A DNA stretch of 57,506 nt from Chromera velia (GCA_018398765.1 JAHBMJ010000070.1:1-57506); one strand, 5' to 3'; shown: positions 26,001-38,624, numbered from the stretch's first letter. The notes: a model not told the origin generated them from the sequence alone. Numbers and translations are program-made.

Positions 26001-28527
26001 AGCAATGCCAGTGACTTGCCCTATCCTCGCAAGTCCACTGTACATTCAGATGATCCTGAACTCCTACTGATGGAACAACGCTCTTTGCTTGACATACCAT
26101 GCCAGTGCATCATCAAATCAATTCACACTCTGGCTTGACCCCTGACCTGTCGTACTTCCCCATCGAAGTGGCGTCCCAATCAGAGTCCCCCGGCCGAAGC
26201 GCCAGAATCGAACCACTCTCGCCTTCCCCCCATGCGCACATAGTCTCACCTGCATGCACACACAAAGCATGTCGGGGGTCAGGCCAGGCTACACTCCGTT
26301 CCTTCTCGACGACCGCATGTCTTTCTTTTCAGAGTTCTCTATGCCAGCTTGCTAGATTGATTTCCCATGCGTGCTACGTATGCAGTCTTTCTTCTTCTTT
26401 TTTCTCTTTTCTCTGATCGTCGCTCTTCTCTTTCGATCACACCTGCCTCTGTGCTGATTGAGCCCAACATAAAAAGGCACCTCTAATAAGTGTCTTGCCT
26501 CCTTTCTCATCTAAGACTTCCGTTCCCCTCACCCAAGCCAGTGCACACGCATAACAAAGAGGACCAAAAGACAAACACCAACAAGAAAACAAAAGACACA
26601 AGAAAACACAGCAACAAAACAAAACAAAACAACAAGCAAAGAGCGATGCCAGCAACTTGCCCCATCCTCGCAAGTCCACTGTATATTCAGATGATCCTCA
26701 ACACCGTGATAAGCATACGTCAGAACTCCTATTGATGGAACAACGCTCTTTGCTTGACACACCATGCTAGTACATCATCAAAACAATTCAGTGATACACT
26801 CTGGCCTGACTTCCGACCTGTCGCACTTCCCCATTGAAGCGGCATCCCAATCAGAGTCCCCCGGCCGAAGCACCAGAATTGAACCACTCTCTAGACCACT
26901 CTCACCTTCCCCCCATGCACATACAGTCTTATCTGCATGCACACACAGAGCATGTCAAGGGTCAGGCCAGGCTACACTCCATTCCTTCTCGACGACCGCA
27001 GGTCTTTCTTTTCAGAGTTCTTTATGCCAGCTTGCTAGATTGATTTCCCATGTGCGCTACGCAGTCTTTCTTCTTCTTTTTTCTCTTTTCTCTGATTGTC
27101 GCTTTTCTCTCTCGATCACACCCGCCTCTGTGCTGATTGAGCCCGATGTAAAAAGGCACCTCTAATAAGTGTCTTACCTCCTTTCTCATCTTCCATTCCC
27201 CTCACCCAAGCCCATGCATACGCATATACACAACGAAGCATCGACAAAGAGGACCAAAAGAGAAACACGAACAAGAAAACAAAAGACATAAGAAAACACA
27301 GCAACAAAACAAAACAAAACAACAAGCAAAGAGCAATGCCAGCAACTTGCCCCATCCTCGCAAGTCCACTGTATCTTCAGGTGATCTTCAACACCGTGAC
27401 ATGCATAGTCACGTCGGAACTCCTACTGATAGAACAACGCTCTTTGCTTAACACACCATGCCCGTACATCATCAAAACAATTCACACTCTGGCCTGACTC
27501 CCGACCTGTCGCACTTCCCCATTGAAGCGGCATCCTAATCAGAGTCTCCCGGCCGAAGCACCAGAATTGAACCACTCTCTAGACCACTCTCACCTTCCCC
27601 CCATGCGCATACAGTCTCATCTGCATGCACACACAGAGCATGTCAAGGGTCAAGCCAGGCTACACTCCATTCCTTCTCGACGACCGCAGGTCTTTCTTTT
27701 CAGAGTTCTTTATGCCAGCTTGCTATATTGATTTCCCATGTGCGCTACGCAGTCTTTCTTTTTCTCTTTTCTCTTTTCTCTGATCATCGCTCTTCTCTCT
27801 CGATCACACCCGCCTCTGTGTTGATTGAGCCCGATGTAAAAAGGCACCTCTAATAAGTGTCTTACCTCCTTTCTCATCTTCCATTCCCCTCACCCAAGCC
27901 CATGCACACGCATACACACAACGAAGCATCGACAAAGAGGACCAAAAGAGAAACACGAACAAGAAAACAAAAGACATAAGAGAACACAGCAACAAAACAA
28001 AACAAAAAGTAAAGAGCGATGCTAGCAACTTGCCCCATCCTCGCAAGTCTACTGTATCTTCAGGTGATCCTCAACACCGTGATATGCATAGTCACGTCGG
28101 AACTCCTACTGATAGAACAATGCTCTTTGCTTGACACACCATGCCAGTGCATCATCAAATTAATTCATACTCTGGCCTAACACCTAACCTGTCGCACTTC
28201 CTCATCGAAGCGGCGTCCCAATCTGATTTAGAGTTCCCCGGCTGAAGCGCCAGAATCGAACCACTCTCGCCTTCCCCCCTATGCGCACACAGTCTCACCT
28301 GCATGCACACACAAAGCATGTCGGGGGTCAGGTTAGGCTATACTTCATTCCTTCTCAACGACTGCATATCTTTCTTTTCAGAGTTCTCTATACCGGCTTG
28401 CTAAGCCTTTATTGATTTCCCATGCGCACTGCATAGTCTTTCTTCTTCTCTTTTCTCTTTTCTCTGATCGTCGCTCTTCTCTCTCGATTACACCCGCCTC
28501 TGTACTAATATACTGATTGAGCCCGAC
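17023..28527. repeat. Tandem array of 17 diverged ~680-bp units (11.5 kb)
   Basis: Marker gtcgggggtcaggcca (or variants) at ~17478, 18164, 18830, 19508, 20183, 20856, 21546, 22221, 22903, 23578, 24252, 24936, 25621, 26271, 26953, 27642 and 28320; spacing 650-690 bp. Confidence 0.95.
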
Positions 28528-29702
28528 GGAAAGAGCGCGTTGACTTGGTGTCTTGTCTTCCTGGCCAACTCGTTGCTTACAGTGACACTGTCTGTTGGAA
28601 TTGGTTGGCATGAGAGCCTCCAGAAAGGCGAGAAAGAAGGCATTGAGAAAATAAGTTAGAAATTGAAAGAGTGAAAGTAAGGAGAAGAAAGGGTGACTTG
28701 TAGTTCTACAGGAAATCCGGTTATAAGGAGCAAAGGAACAGGTGAAGATGGTGGGCTGGAAACGAAGAAAAGGGGATGGAAAGGGATCAATCAACCTTAT
28801 TCTTTCGTTGTTCAGTGCCCAAACAATATTTGGAAGGTCGCTAAATCACGTTTCAAGGATGTCCAGGCCCTTCAGTGAGGCATTTCTCTGCAGAGGAAGA
28901 TAAAAAAGTAGGGGTGAATAAACTTCAGGGGAAGAATTCACTGGGAGAAACATCGCTGAAACAAATAGAATCCAGCGTATCTATAAAACAGAATGACTAT
29001 ATAGCAAAGAGAAGCAAAGACATCCGATAAGGAGGCGTGTGCAAGAGAATGCCTACACTTTTCTGCCTTGCTGCTGGCCAGGAGCAAAGGAGAAAAGTCA
29101 CACAAATACCCTTACCAAACACTGTCAGACTGAGCTTTAGGGCGAAAATGTGTTGTTAGCCCTCACATATCAATATCACGATCCGAGTCAGCAAAACCGC
29201 CTGATCCTCATATATCTCTGTAATCGATTTCTTGTCCATTATACGCAGAGGTTGTGTCACTTTCAATGATCGAGCTTAGTATACTTGTGATGATCATGTG
29301 AATTCATGTGATGATCTTATATTGATCTTATGATCGTGAAGTCATGCGCCCAACTGCTAAAAACGATACGCTTGCATGCAAATAACCCCGGAAAGAAAAA
29401 AACGGACGGTTGTATATGGTTGTATGACTGGCGTCAAGTCTTATATCGATAATTTGTGGGCCAAATCGATTCTATTTATATAAGTGCCCCCTTCCCATGG
29501 GCGGCGCGCATCGGGGGTGGATCCGGCTGCCGGCGGCCGCGCAGGCCGGGGTCGCTCTTTTCAAAAGAGTCTTTAACTCAAAAGTTTTGAGCTGAATCTT
29601 AAAACACGCGTATCACTTCTAAAGGCCTCTACTAGGCAAAACATCACTAGAAACATTAACATAACATAAAGAATAATATGTAACACTACATATGATTTTT
29701 AA

Positions 29703-29946
29703 TACCTCCCTAAACCTAAGTGCCACTTGAAAAAATATAATCAAGATGATCTCTATCTGCAGCATCGTTTCTCAAGACACCGTTCATACCTGCGGCGTAG
29801 ATGTTTAAGACACCGTCCAGATATGCAGCTTTGGTAGGCTTTGGCTTTCAAGATACCGTAAATGATCCGCGTCTGCAGCGCAGACTTTCAAGCTTATCCA
29901 AAAATGCGGCTTAAACTTTCAAGTGGTAGTTAAGTTCAGGGAGGTC
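29703..29946. mobile_element. MITE family A, copy 2 (inverted relative to 302-1079, uninterrupted)
   Basis: Reverse complement matches 302-399 plus 933-1079 (e.g. ccacttgaaagtttaagccgcatttttggataagcttgaaagtc). 8-bp TSD ATTTTTAA (29695-29702, 29947-29954). Confidence 0.8.
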
Positions 29947-29956
29947 ATTTTTAATA

Positions 29957-30381
29957 TACCAAGACCAACTTAATTTAGCAAACCCATACAGCTAATTACG
30001 ATTATGATTTATTATGATTGCAAATATGAAAAATATTTTTATTACGCAAACAGTCTTTTGAGACTTACAACATGTTTTTGATAATATTCGTGAAATCTGT
30101 GCAAATTTTCAAGTTCGTACGCACGACCGATTACGTTTGCAAAAAATATGAAAATTCAAAATCAGGACTCAATTTTTTGGGTTTCCGGGGCCGCCCGGCT
30201 TTAAATTTTCATACTGTTGGCAAACATAATCGGTCGCGCGTACGAACTTAAAAATTTGTACAGACTTTACGAATATTATCAAAAACATGTTGCAAGTCTC
30301 AAAAGACTGTTTGCGCGATAAAAATATTGTTCATATTTGCAATCGCAATCGTAATCGTGCCAAATTGAGTTGGTCTTGGTA
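29957..30381. mobile_element. Foldback MITE, almost fully palindromic (~200-bp arms), TA TSD (Tc1/mariner-like)
   Basis: TA|TACCAAGACCAACTTAATTTAGCA ... TGCCAAATTGAGTTGGTCTTGGTA|TA. Internal arms are complementary around a short centre at ~30160-30200. Confidence 0.8.
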
Positions 30382-30844
30382 TAGCATATAGCCCCAGTGG
30401 TATTTTACGTTAAAAAAACGAAAAAATATTTGTTCGGTTTTTTCTAGGGTTTTTTTTGTGAGGTTTACACAGTGTACTACCAGATATGCTTAAGCAACCG
30501 CCTTTTAAAACCATTTTTTCCAATTAATATTTAATAGTTATAAACATTTTGTGTAACAATTTTGTGTTTAACTTTTTTTTTTATTTCTTCATCTTGTTTT
30601 GATGTCCTACGCTTAAAAGTATACAAACTATGTAGAGCAAAAAAACTGTGTATATACATTTAAAGCAAGCTCACTCTGCATGCTTCAAACTTGAAACATA
30701 CACTACCTTTTCAAGCCTCAATCAATCACTTGTGCGTACTGCATGCTGGTCTAGGTACTGGTCTGCACTGACTGTGCAGTTACAAACATTTGGTGCGTCC
30801 TCAGCTAGTGCATTCATCGTAAAAAACCTAGGTAAAGACTGCTT

Positions 30845-33800
30845 TCAAGAATCGGGATTGGCTCTTTCGTGGCTCTCAGTCGAATTTTCCCACGATCTGA
30901 CGGAAGCTTTCAAGGATTCTTCCACCACGACATCTAGCTCCCTCTTGTCGGCCCGTGTGTCCAATAAGTACGAAGGCAGGTGCAGACTAACGACCCTCCA
31001 GCCGTCCCTCTGAAGGAACCAATGCTTGAATACAGAACGCCCGTGGAGACGGAGACGCTGCTTCAGAGGCCCACCCAGGGACGGAGTCGGAATGGCTTCA
31101 TCTACTCCGTGCGCAGGAATCCTTCGAGGAGTCTGGGGGGAATTGACTGTCTGTTTCTGCGCCCCTTCAACGACCTTTTGAGGCACACGACTTGGACGGG
31201 GGGACTGCCGAGGGGGGAGGGGGGGGGTTCCCACACGAGAGGACGCAGGAGGGGCTGGGGGAAGAGGAGAGACGGAAGAGGGCGTCGGAGGCAGATGTGC
31301 AAGTACAGGACGGCCTTGCATTTTTGCTCTTCCCTCTCTTCTGAAATAACTTGGGTTTTGGGGGTGTGCATCGTGAAGGGGCGTGCTGCACATGGAGGTG
31401 TGGGAATGTCTTTGTGCTTCGTTTGTATCCTGGTGCGGAATGGTAGGGGGGTTCTGTGGGAGATTGCCTCTCTCTGAAATTGGCCTCCTGGGGGATAGAG
31501 GAGGGGGCAGGGGGGCATTGAAAGGCTCGGCCGGCATCTCCAAGACTTCCGTGTCTCGGCCGGGGCCCTTTTCCAGAAGGGACCTGCCGGGGCCGTCTCT
31601 TACAGATGTAGTTAGGAGGCGGCAGGCGGTCTCGACATGAGGTGCGTTTTGGACAGCAACTTCCTTTCGAGAACGGGTAGGGACAGGGGAAGGCACTTGA
31701 AAGGGTTTCCGTGTGTGCACAGGGGGCCGTCCCTCTCCAGGTCGGCCGCTTCTACTTTTGTGCTGCAGGCTCATCATCTGATGGGTTTCTGTGTGGGCCA
31801 TCTCATCTGACACTCCGGCAAGGCTCTGTACTTCGCCACTTCCTATCGGACCCCCTACATTTCTTGATGTTAGAGAGGGGTCCCCAAAATACGCATCATG
31901 CGAGTATTTATTCTCTGCAGCTGCGTCTGCCCGGACAAGAAAATGCGAAGCACCGTCCACCTCCACAGCCAGCCGGAGAGAGGGGACAGCAATATCCACC
32001 AACATCCCCGCGCCCCCAACCGGTTCCTCCATCCTCCAATCCACACACTCAGATGGCAAAGGCGCAGAGGAGGTCTGTTCTTGGAGCTCAGGACAGACAG
32101 AGTAGAGGTCCGCGTAAGTTGGGAACCGCTCGCGAAGGTGTCCAGCAACCTGCAGAGTCAGAAGAGGAGGTGCGAGGAAGCAGAGATGCTTCAGAATTGA
32201 GCAACCGACCATGAAAAAAAGAAACCTGACGATCATCTCGAGGGGGTATTTGAGTTGAGAGGAGGAAGGGAAGACAAGTAAGCAACATGCTTCCTGGTAT
32301 AGTGGATATTGAAAGTTTTTCCTCCTCCTTCCGATCTGACGGTCAAGTGAACTTCTTGTCTTTGAAACTTCAATAAATTGTCAGGAAGTGAAAAGGAGTT
32401 GAGAGAATTGGTTCTCCTCTGTACCTCTTTTTCTCCGGTCGGACTGGCTGAGTGAGGGAAGAAAAAAGAAAACGAAATCTTGTGAATGCAGATCATTCTG
32501 AGCGCACTCTTCCAACAATCGATTGGCGGAAAGGGAAAGAGAATTTGTTGAAAGACTGTCCACTGTACGTGAGGGGGGAAGGAAGAGACGAGGGAGTGAG
32601 GCGGTCTCTTCTCAACGCGAAAGAGAAGAGAAGAGAGGAACACAAAGATAAGGAGGGCGCAGGATTGTCTTCCCTTCTCACACAGAGACTGCAGTTGCCT
32701 GCTTCATGCGCAAACAAGTACAACAAAGTGCTTAAGCAAAGCATGTATGGGTTACGATGAACAGGAGAGCAGGAACGAACATAGAAAGGAAGCCAGCAGC
32801 CACGGAAGCAAATGAAGGGAAGAAAGCGAAGAGAAGAGAGGGGACGGTGGAAAGGAACGAAGAACAGGGAACGGGTGGAAGAAAAGAAGGCAAGGAAGGA
32901 TGATGACAGAAAAAAAAGGGGGGAAATAAACAAGAGACAACCCACCCACCATCACATGCAACCTGGATGTTGAGGCTCGAAAGTCGTGTGCACTCATCGA
33001 CCTCTCATGTCTCGAGAGCACAGACAGACTCTCAAGCCAGCCTCCAGACGTAGAGCCAGACTCTTCACTTTCATTAGTCAAATCTCTTCTCTCAGAAAGA
33101 CTTTCCCCCTCTTCTTCCTCTTGTCTTTGTCCTTCTCCCTCAATTCTCTGAAAGGACTCCCTCTTCCCTTCAGCAACTCCCCCCACACGCTCCCGTCTGA
33201 CTGTCTTCAATCCATGGAGAGCCCACGTGATTTTCTGTGCCGCCTGCACATGTCCTGCAATTCTGTCAGGCGGCAGAGTCATCACCAGCGCCTCCGCGCG
33301 TTCACACACAGACAGGCCTTCAGGATTCCTCACCCCCCCCGACACCACTGCTGCCCAAAAGGGCCCACTCAGAAGGTGCAGGGAGCCCTCCGTCAGTGCC
33401 AGGGAGAGACGAGACACCCCTCCTGACCGAGCTATCGACTCGAAACACTCCACACTTGCACGGAGACAGAGAACAGCAAGTCTTCTTGCTTCTCTTACTA
33501 CCTCGATCTCGTCTGGTAACATCGTTGAAGCGTCCCGTCTTTTTGCTTCCTTCCCGATTTCCCCTCCTCTCTCTTCAAGCAGTTCTAAGTCAATGTGACC
33601 AAGAGAAGCAACTGCAGCAACACAGGGTGTGAATCTGGCGAGGTCTGTGTTGCTGATTCCCAGGCCTCTCCCTCTGTGCCCCCCCCCCTCTACCGGTTGA
33701 GAACAAAGACCCGAGAGATGAACTGAAAGAAGCCGCATCAACGGAAGCTGGGCGGAGGGAGACAGGACTCCCACATAATTCAAACCCATCAACGCAGCAG

Positions 33801-35364
33801 CCGCCCTCTGTGCGAGAGAGGCAGACACAGCGCTAGAGTGCGCTGTTCTTGCAAGGGATACTTCTGCAGCGACGGAAAGTGCACGGATGCAGCAGGACAA
33901 AAGACGAGGGGGGGGAAGTGAGTGTTGATGACATCCATACGCTTCCAGAATTCTCTGAGCTGCCCTCATCGTCTCCTCAATCTTCTCCTCATGCTCCTCC
34001 TCCCCCTTACCAACAGACGAGGACGCAGGAAGCGCAACGTCACAATCCCGCAACCGCTCTTTACTCCTCCGATCTCTCTCAGACAGAACATCAGCAGCTT
34101 CATCTAAGAGAATTGCGAGACGCGATGTTGTCTCTGTGTCCCTCCCCCCTCTTCCTGTCTGTGCAGAAGTCTGCACGCGTCCTACTGAAAGACAGAGAAA
34201 CAGTTTGGCCGCTTCGTCTAATCCCACCCGCCCCCTACCCCCCTCTATGCCAAACCTTCCATGCAACCCCAACTGAGCCCTCTCAGACGCAGCACGAAAC
34301 AGCGCGTTCCAACGACTGGGGGGGGGAGAGCTCGCTGGGGCCGTGCTGCTGCTGCGTGACAATGGAGAGAAAAGACCAGGCACAGAGGCCGACTCTGTTC
34401 TGTCTTTCTCTGTCTCCCTCTCCCTCTCATGTACCCACATATCGCTGTACCCCCACTCTCCCTGCTCCCTCTCTCTCTGAGACTCCGCAGCCGCCCGTGC
34501 ACTGATGTAGGACGCCCCCGTCACGTCCCCCGGGGCCACGGGGACCTGTCCGAACGCGTCGAGGGCGTTAGCCAGCTGTGACAAAGAGAGGCTCTCGAGA
34601 GCTTCCTGCCGAGCTAAGCTCTCTGCAATCACGTCAAACAGTTCCACGAAGTCCCCCCGTCTCCCCAAATTCGCAATGGACAAGGCAATCATGCCGAGTT
34701 GGTTCGCACTGAATGCAGAGGTTCGGCGCATGACTGTGCGGGAGACGGCAGAAAAGGCCCCGGCATGAAAGAAACCGAACTTGCCGAGGGCCCAGACGGT
34801 CAGGGCCACGTTGTTTGGTTCAAACTCGTCTGCAAAGTCTGCCAGCTGAGCGCAGGCAGCGTTCAGCAGCATTCTGTGGTAGAAGCGCATCCGGTGGAAG
34901 CACCACAAAACGCAGGCCATCTCCTTGGGTTTGACGGCGTCCCGTCTCTGCACGACGGCATCAGCGAGACGGGAGAAGGCGACTGGGTCGTTGACTCCAA
35001 AAACCGTCAGGGCCCAGAAGGCATTTGCAAGCGTTTTCGGCTGTGCGACTGTGTAGTTGAGACGCTTGACGTCATTGACGAGAGACCTGAAGACCCGCTC
35101 CCGCCCCCCCGAGAGACTCCTCCACCGCCTCAACGCAGACTCACTTCCCCTTTCATCTGGGTGCTCTTGGAGGAACAACTTCCCGAGACGGAAAAGAGCA
35201 GTCACCCGGTTCACCGTGTTCAGCCGCATCTCTCTCTCTGCGACCAGGTCCAGGAGCGTCTCTGCAGAAGAGCATCTTGACAGCTCGCTGTTCCATGCAC
35301 ACAGCTTCCGAAGAACCTCTTGTGGCCTGCGGACGTCTGAAGACACCAATTTTGTCACTACCAT
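30845..35364 (-). CDS. Helical-repeat (OPR/HPR/FAST-like) protein with C-terminal RAP domain, ~1240 aa, probably organellar RNA processing
   Basis: Exons 35364-32950 and 32149-30845, phase 0 (STSRLHVM|VAGHLRERF). Repeats KTLANAFWAL, KPKEMACVLWCF, FEPNNVALTVWALGKFG, FSANQLGMIAL, LSLSQLANAL. RAP motifs EEPVG..LVDIAVPSLRLAVEVDGASHF and GRSVFKHWFLQRDGWRVVSL. Confidence 0.85.
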
Positions 35365-35529
35365 TTCATTTCCACTTACATTTTCTTCAAAAAAGAAGCA
35401 AAAGCAACAGAGAAAGGCCGCTCCACGGCTACATACATCTTGTAACTACGCCCTCGTGGCTCGTGTTACTGTTAGCATGTTGCACTGCAGCTGCAGTGTT
35501 AGCGGCACGTTCACAGCTAGATGGTCTGA

Positions 35530-35700
35530 CGAGAGCCGACGAGACAGAGTCATACGAGACATTACGAGACGCAATACGTCGGATATACGTCGGAGACATT
35601 CGGAGACCGTCGAGACGTGGAGACGCCGCGAACGAGTCTTGCGCGTTCACGCGCGTAGACGGAGTCGGTCGCGAGATGTCGCAGGTCGCGTGGAGTAAGT
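35530..35700. promoter_or_regulatory. Putative bidirectional promoter with a GAGAC/CGCG motif cluster
   Basis: At least 7 (C/G)GAGAC copies in ~90 bp (35540-35625), between divergent genes starting at 35364 (-) and 35931 (+). Confidence 0.35.
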
Positions 35701-35930
35701 GCCCCCCGGGCGCGGAGAGCTCCGTGCGAACATGATTCAAGCCTCCGGGGCCATCGATCTCCGCGAAGTTAATTAATTCTCAAGAAAAATTCTCTCTCGA
35801 TCTCTTCGTCTCTGTCATTATTAGGGAAATAATATGTCAGATATTTCTGCAGGTCGCAAAGAGCAGTCTAGTGCAGCTTGGCCCGTCGAATTCGATGATA
35901 ATTTCGGATCGTGAATAACCTGCTCTTGAA

Positions 35931-36927
35931 ATGACAGACCAGCAAGAGCTACCGATGCCTTTTCCTTTTCCCGTTCCGTTGGAAGACGGTGTGGAAATTC
36001 GGGAGATCATCAGAGCTCTCGGATACGGCCCATCGACCTGCACCCAGACTCCTCCCCAGCAACATGTGGCCGCTCGGCTGAACTTTTTGATGACAACCGT
36101 TGACCTGCAGAGCACCGACGTAAAAGGGCTCTTCCGGGGGTGGGTGATCAATTTGATGCATCTTGCTGATCACTTCCCGAATGAGAAGATGCGCCATCTC
36201 TGCCAGTGCTATCTCCTTTATTTTATTGGTTCTGCGTCTGGCTGCCGCTGCTTGCACTCTTTTTCAGGAGGACTTCATCAATGGGGAGGAGAAGAACACG
36301 ATTCTTCTGCACTTCGTCGAAAGGTCTCTGACAGAGGGGCTATCAGCAGAAAAGACAGCACATGGGCTTTTTGTGGGAGGGGCGGGTATGTGCATCACCG
36401 ACCAGATGAAGCGAATTACCTTTTGCGCAGACTGCGTGCAGGACATGATCTTGTCGCACAGCGCTTTTCTTACTGAGGTCGCTGGCTCCATTCTCTCTGG
36501 TACACTGACGCCAGAGACAGCCCTGCAGAGACTAGAGCATTTGGGTTTAAACCCCCGAAAGTTTTATATCCTATCCAATGCGGCAGATGTAGACCAAACC
36601 TTCCATGCGGCCCAAGTCGCTGCGCAGAAAACAGACATCCCGATGCTCTCGTGGGTCCTCCAGACTTACGGAAAGTTCATTCGAACCCGTATCTCTGAAC
36701 GCAGTAATTCTGCCTCTGTTCCGTTGGGTGCCCGTGCTCTGATGGGAGCAGACACGGATGGTCTCTGTTGGGGTGGGACAGCGAACAGACGCGCCATGAG
36801 CAGAATCCGGGATGCAGTCCGGTTGTGGGATGGAAAGGTGGGGCTAATGTTTGGTACTTTTTTGTTTTCTCGTCCGCAGGGGAAGTCTGACAAGGGGAAT
36901 TTGACTGGCAGGGAGTTGGTTGCATGA
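35931..36927 (+). CDS. Hypothetical protein (~280-290 aa), probably two or three exons
   Basis: Two overlapping ORFs join in phase 0 via intron 36144-36267 (KGLFRGW|EDFINGEEK; acceptor tttttcag). Protein-like composition, no recognisable domain. Confidence 0.45.
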
Positions 36928-36988
36928 ACAGGCACTCTTCTGGAATGTCGCTTTTTTTTGGTTCTTCTGCCTGCTCAGCCGATGTGTA

Positions 36989-37196
36989 CGTTGATGCTTT
37001 GGTTTGTGCGTGCATGAGCGTTGATGCTTTGGTTTGTGCGTGCATGGGCGTTGATGCTTTGGTTTGTGTGTGCATGAGCGTTGATGCTTTGGTTTGTGCG
37101 TGCATGAGCGTTGATGCTTTGGTTTGTGCGTGCATGAGCGTTGATGCTTTGGTTTGTGCATGAGCGTTGATGCTTTGGTTTGTGCGTGAGCATTGA
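36989..37196. repeat. 30-bp minisatellite, ~7 copies
   Basis: Unit gttgatgctttggtttgtgcgtgcatgagc repeated in tandem. Confidence 0.95.
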
Positions 37197-37264
37197 CGCT
37201 GCGTGTATTCGCATGATGTTTCTCTCTGCATGAACAAGCTGTCCGTCTGCATGCTTGGGCAAGG

Positions 37265-38586
37265 ATGCAGGGTGCGTTTGCGGACTTTGTCGAATCGGAA
37301 TTCCTAAGTGGGGATTCGTCTGCGTCCTCTGTTATTCTGGATGAGGAGGAGAAACGGGCAATAGAGAGAGAGGTGAAGCGACAGAGGGGAACGGGTTGGG
37401 GGCTCAAACCCGCAAAGTCTCTTCCCCCCGTGTCTGCTGGTGGTGTGAACATGCAGCTTGAGGAGAAACAAAAGGAAGAAGAAGGGGAGGGGGAGATGGG
37501 GACGTTGTATGAGTCTCGTGTTCTTGCTTTTGAGAGACTGGTGGAGCACTTTGGCACAGGTGTATTCCCTGCCCTGGACTCCCTTGTTGACTTGGGGAGG
37601 GTGGATGCGGTGGATTTTCTTCTTCGAGCGTACACCATCGATTTGTCAACTCCTCTGACTGACAATCTGGAGGACATTTTAGAAGCGGAGAGAGCGGAAG
37701 GGAAAGAAGGACAGGAAGGGGGGGAAAAAGAAGTGTGCGGCATTTGCCATGCTGCTATCGTCCACCCCGTGACTTTAGAGTGCAACGGCCGACACACTTT
37801 CTGCAGTGTGTGTCTGCGGAGAGTCCGGTATCCCAGTGCAGATCGGCCATACGTCCCGTGTCCGATGTGTCGGGAAGAGGTCTGGTTCCCCTACGGATAT
37901 AAATCGATGTCGGACAGACAGGCCAAATCGCTCCGTGAATGGATCACTAGAGAGGGGGGGGCTAGTACGAATCCGGCAGATGAACAGTCAGACGAAGAAG
38001 AGTGTGACCCGTCAACCAGACACCAGAGCAAGGCAGAGAGACCCCCTCTGTGGTGGGCCCGCAAGTGGTGGGAGGAGAAGGGGAGGCTCTAGGACAAGGC
38101 GGACACTTTAGGGTCGTGTCTGTTTGCGGTTTCGGTTGCCGCCTGTTCCATTGGAGTGATGGAGATGCTCTGCAGGGACTTTGGGGTGGATCCCTCGACG
38201 GTCGGTCGGTCGAATTGGTGTATGTCAACATGATCTGGAGTTTGCTTAATTCTTTTTTGAATTTGTGTATGGAAGCTCAAACCAACAAGCTTGGCATCGG
38301 AGCGGCGGAGAAAGAGGGTCGCTCTGTAACCAGTAAGGCTTCTTGCCTCTGCTGCTTTACGGAAAAGTCTCTTCGTGTCTGCATGCGCAACATGCTTGGA
38401 TTGCAAACGTTTGACGACTGTAACCGAATGTTTGCCTCATGCAGGCTAGATTGAATACAACTATCGTATGTTTTCTTGACATGCAGCTAGTCTAAGATTG
38501 ATGGATCTTTGCTTCTCATGCAGATGTCACAGATCACCTCCCTTGTCCCCCCATGCATGGTCTGTCTCTTCTTTGCTCTGTTTCTC

Positions 38587-38624
<38 letters not shown>

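Noticed and set aside
17023..28527. CRISPR array, or rRNA/tRNA/snRNA gene array; also the many 60-130 aa ORFs in the array
   Set aside because: Whole units repeat with no unique spacers, and no cas genes are present. No recognisable 5S/U-snRNA sequence; GGTTCGATTC lacks a proper T-stem and cloverleaf. ORFs vary in stops and frames between units and partly derive from (AAAAC)n/(CTTTT)n tracts.
36844..37797. 317-aa and 191-aa minus-strand ORFs with HKPKHQRSCT / HAQTKASTLM repeats
   Set aside because: They are translations of the 30-bp minisatellite plus the antisense of the RING gene.
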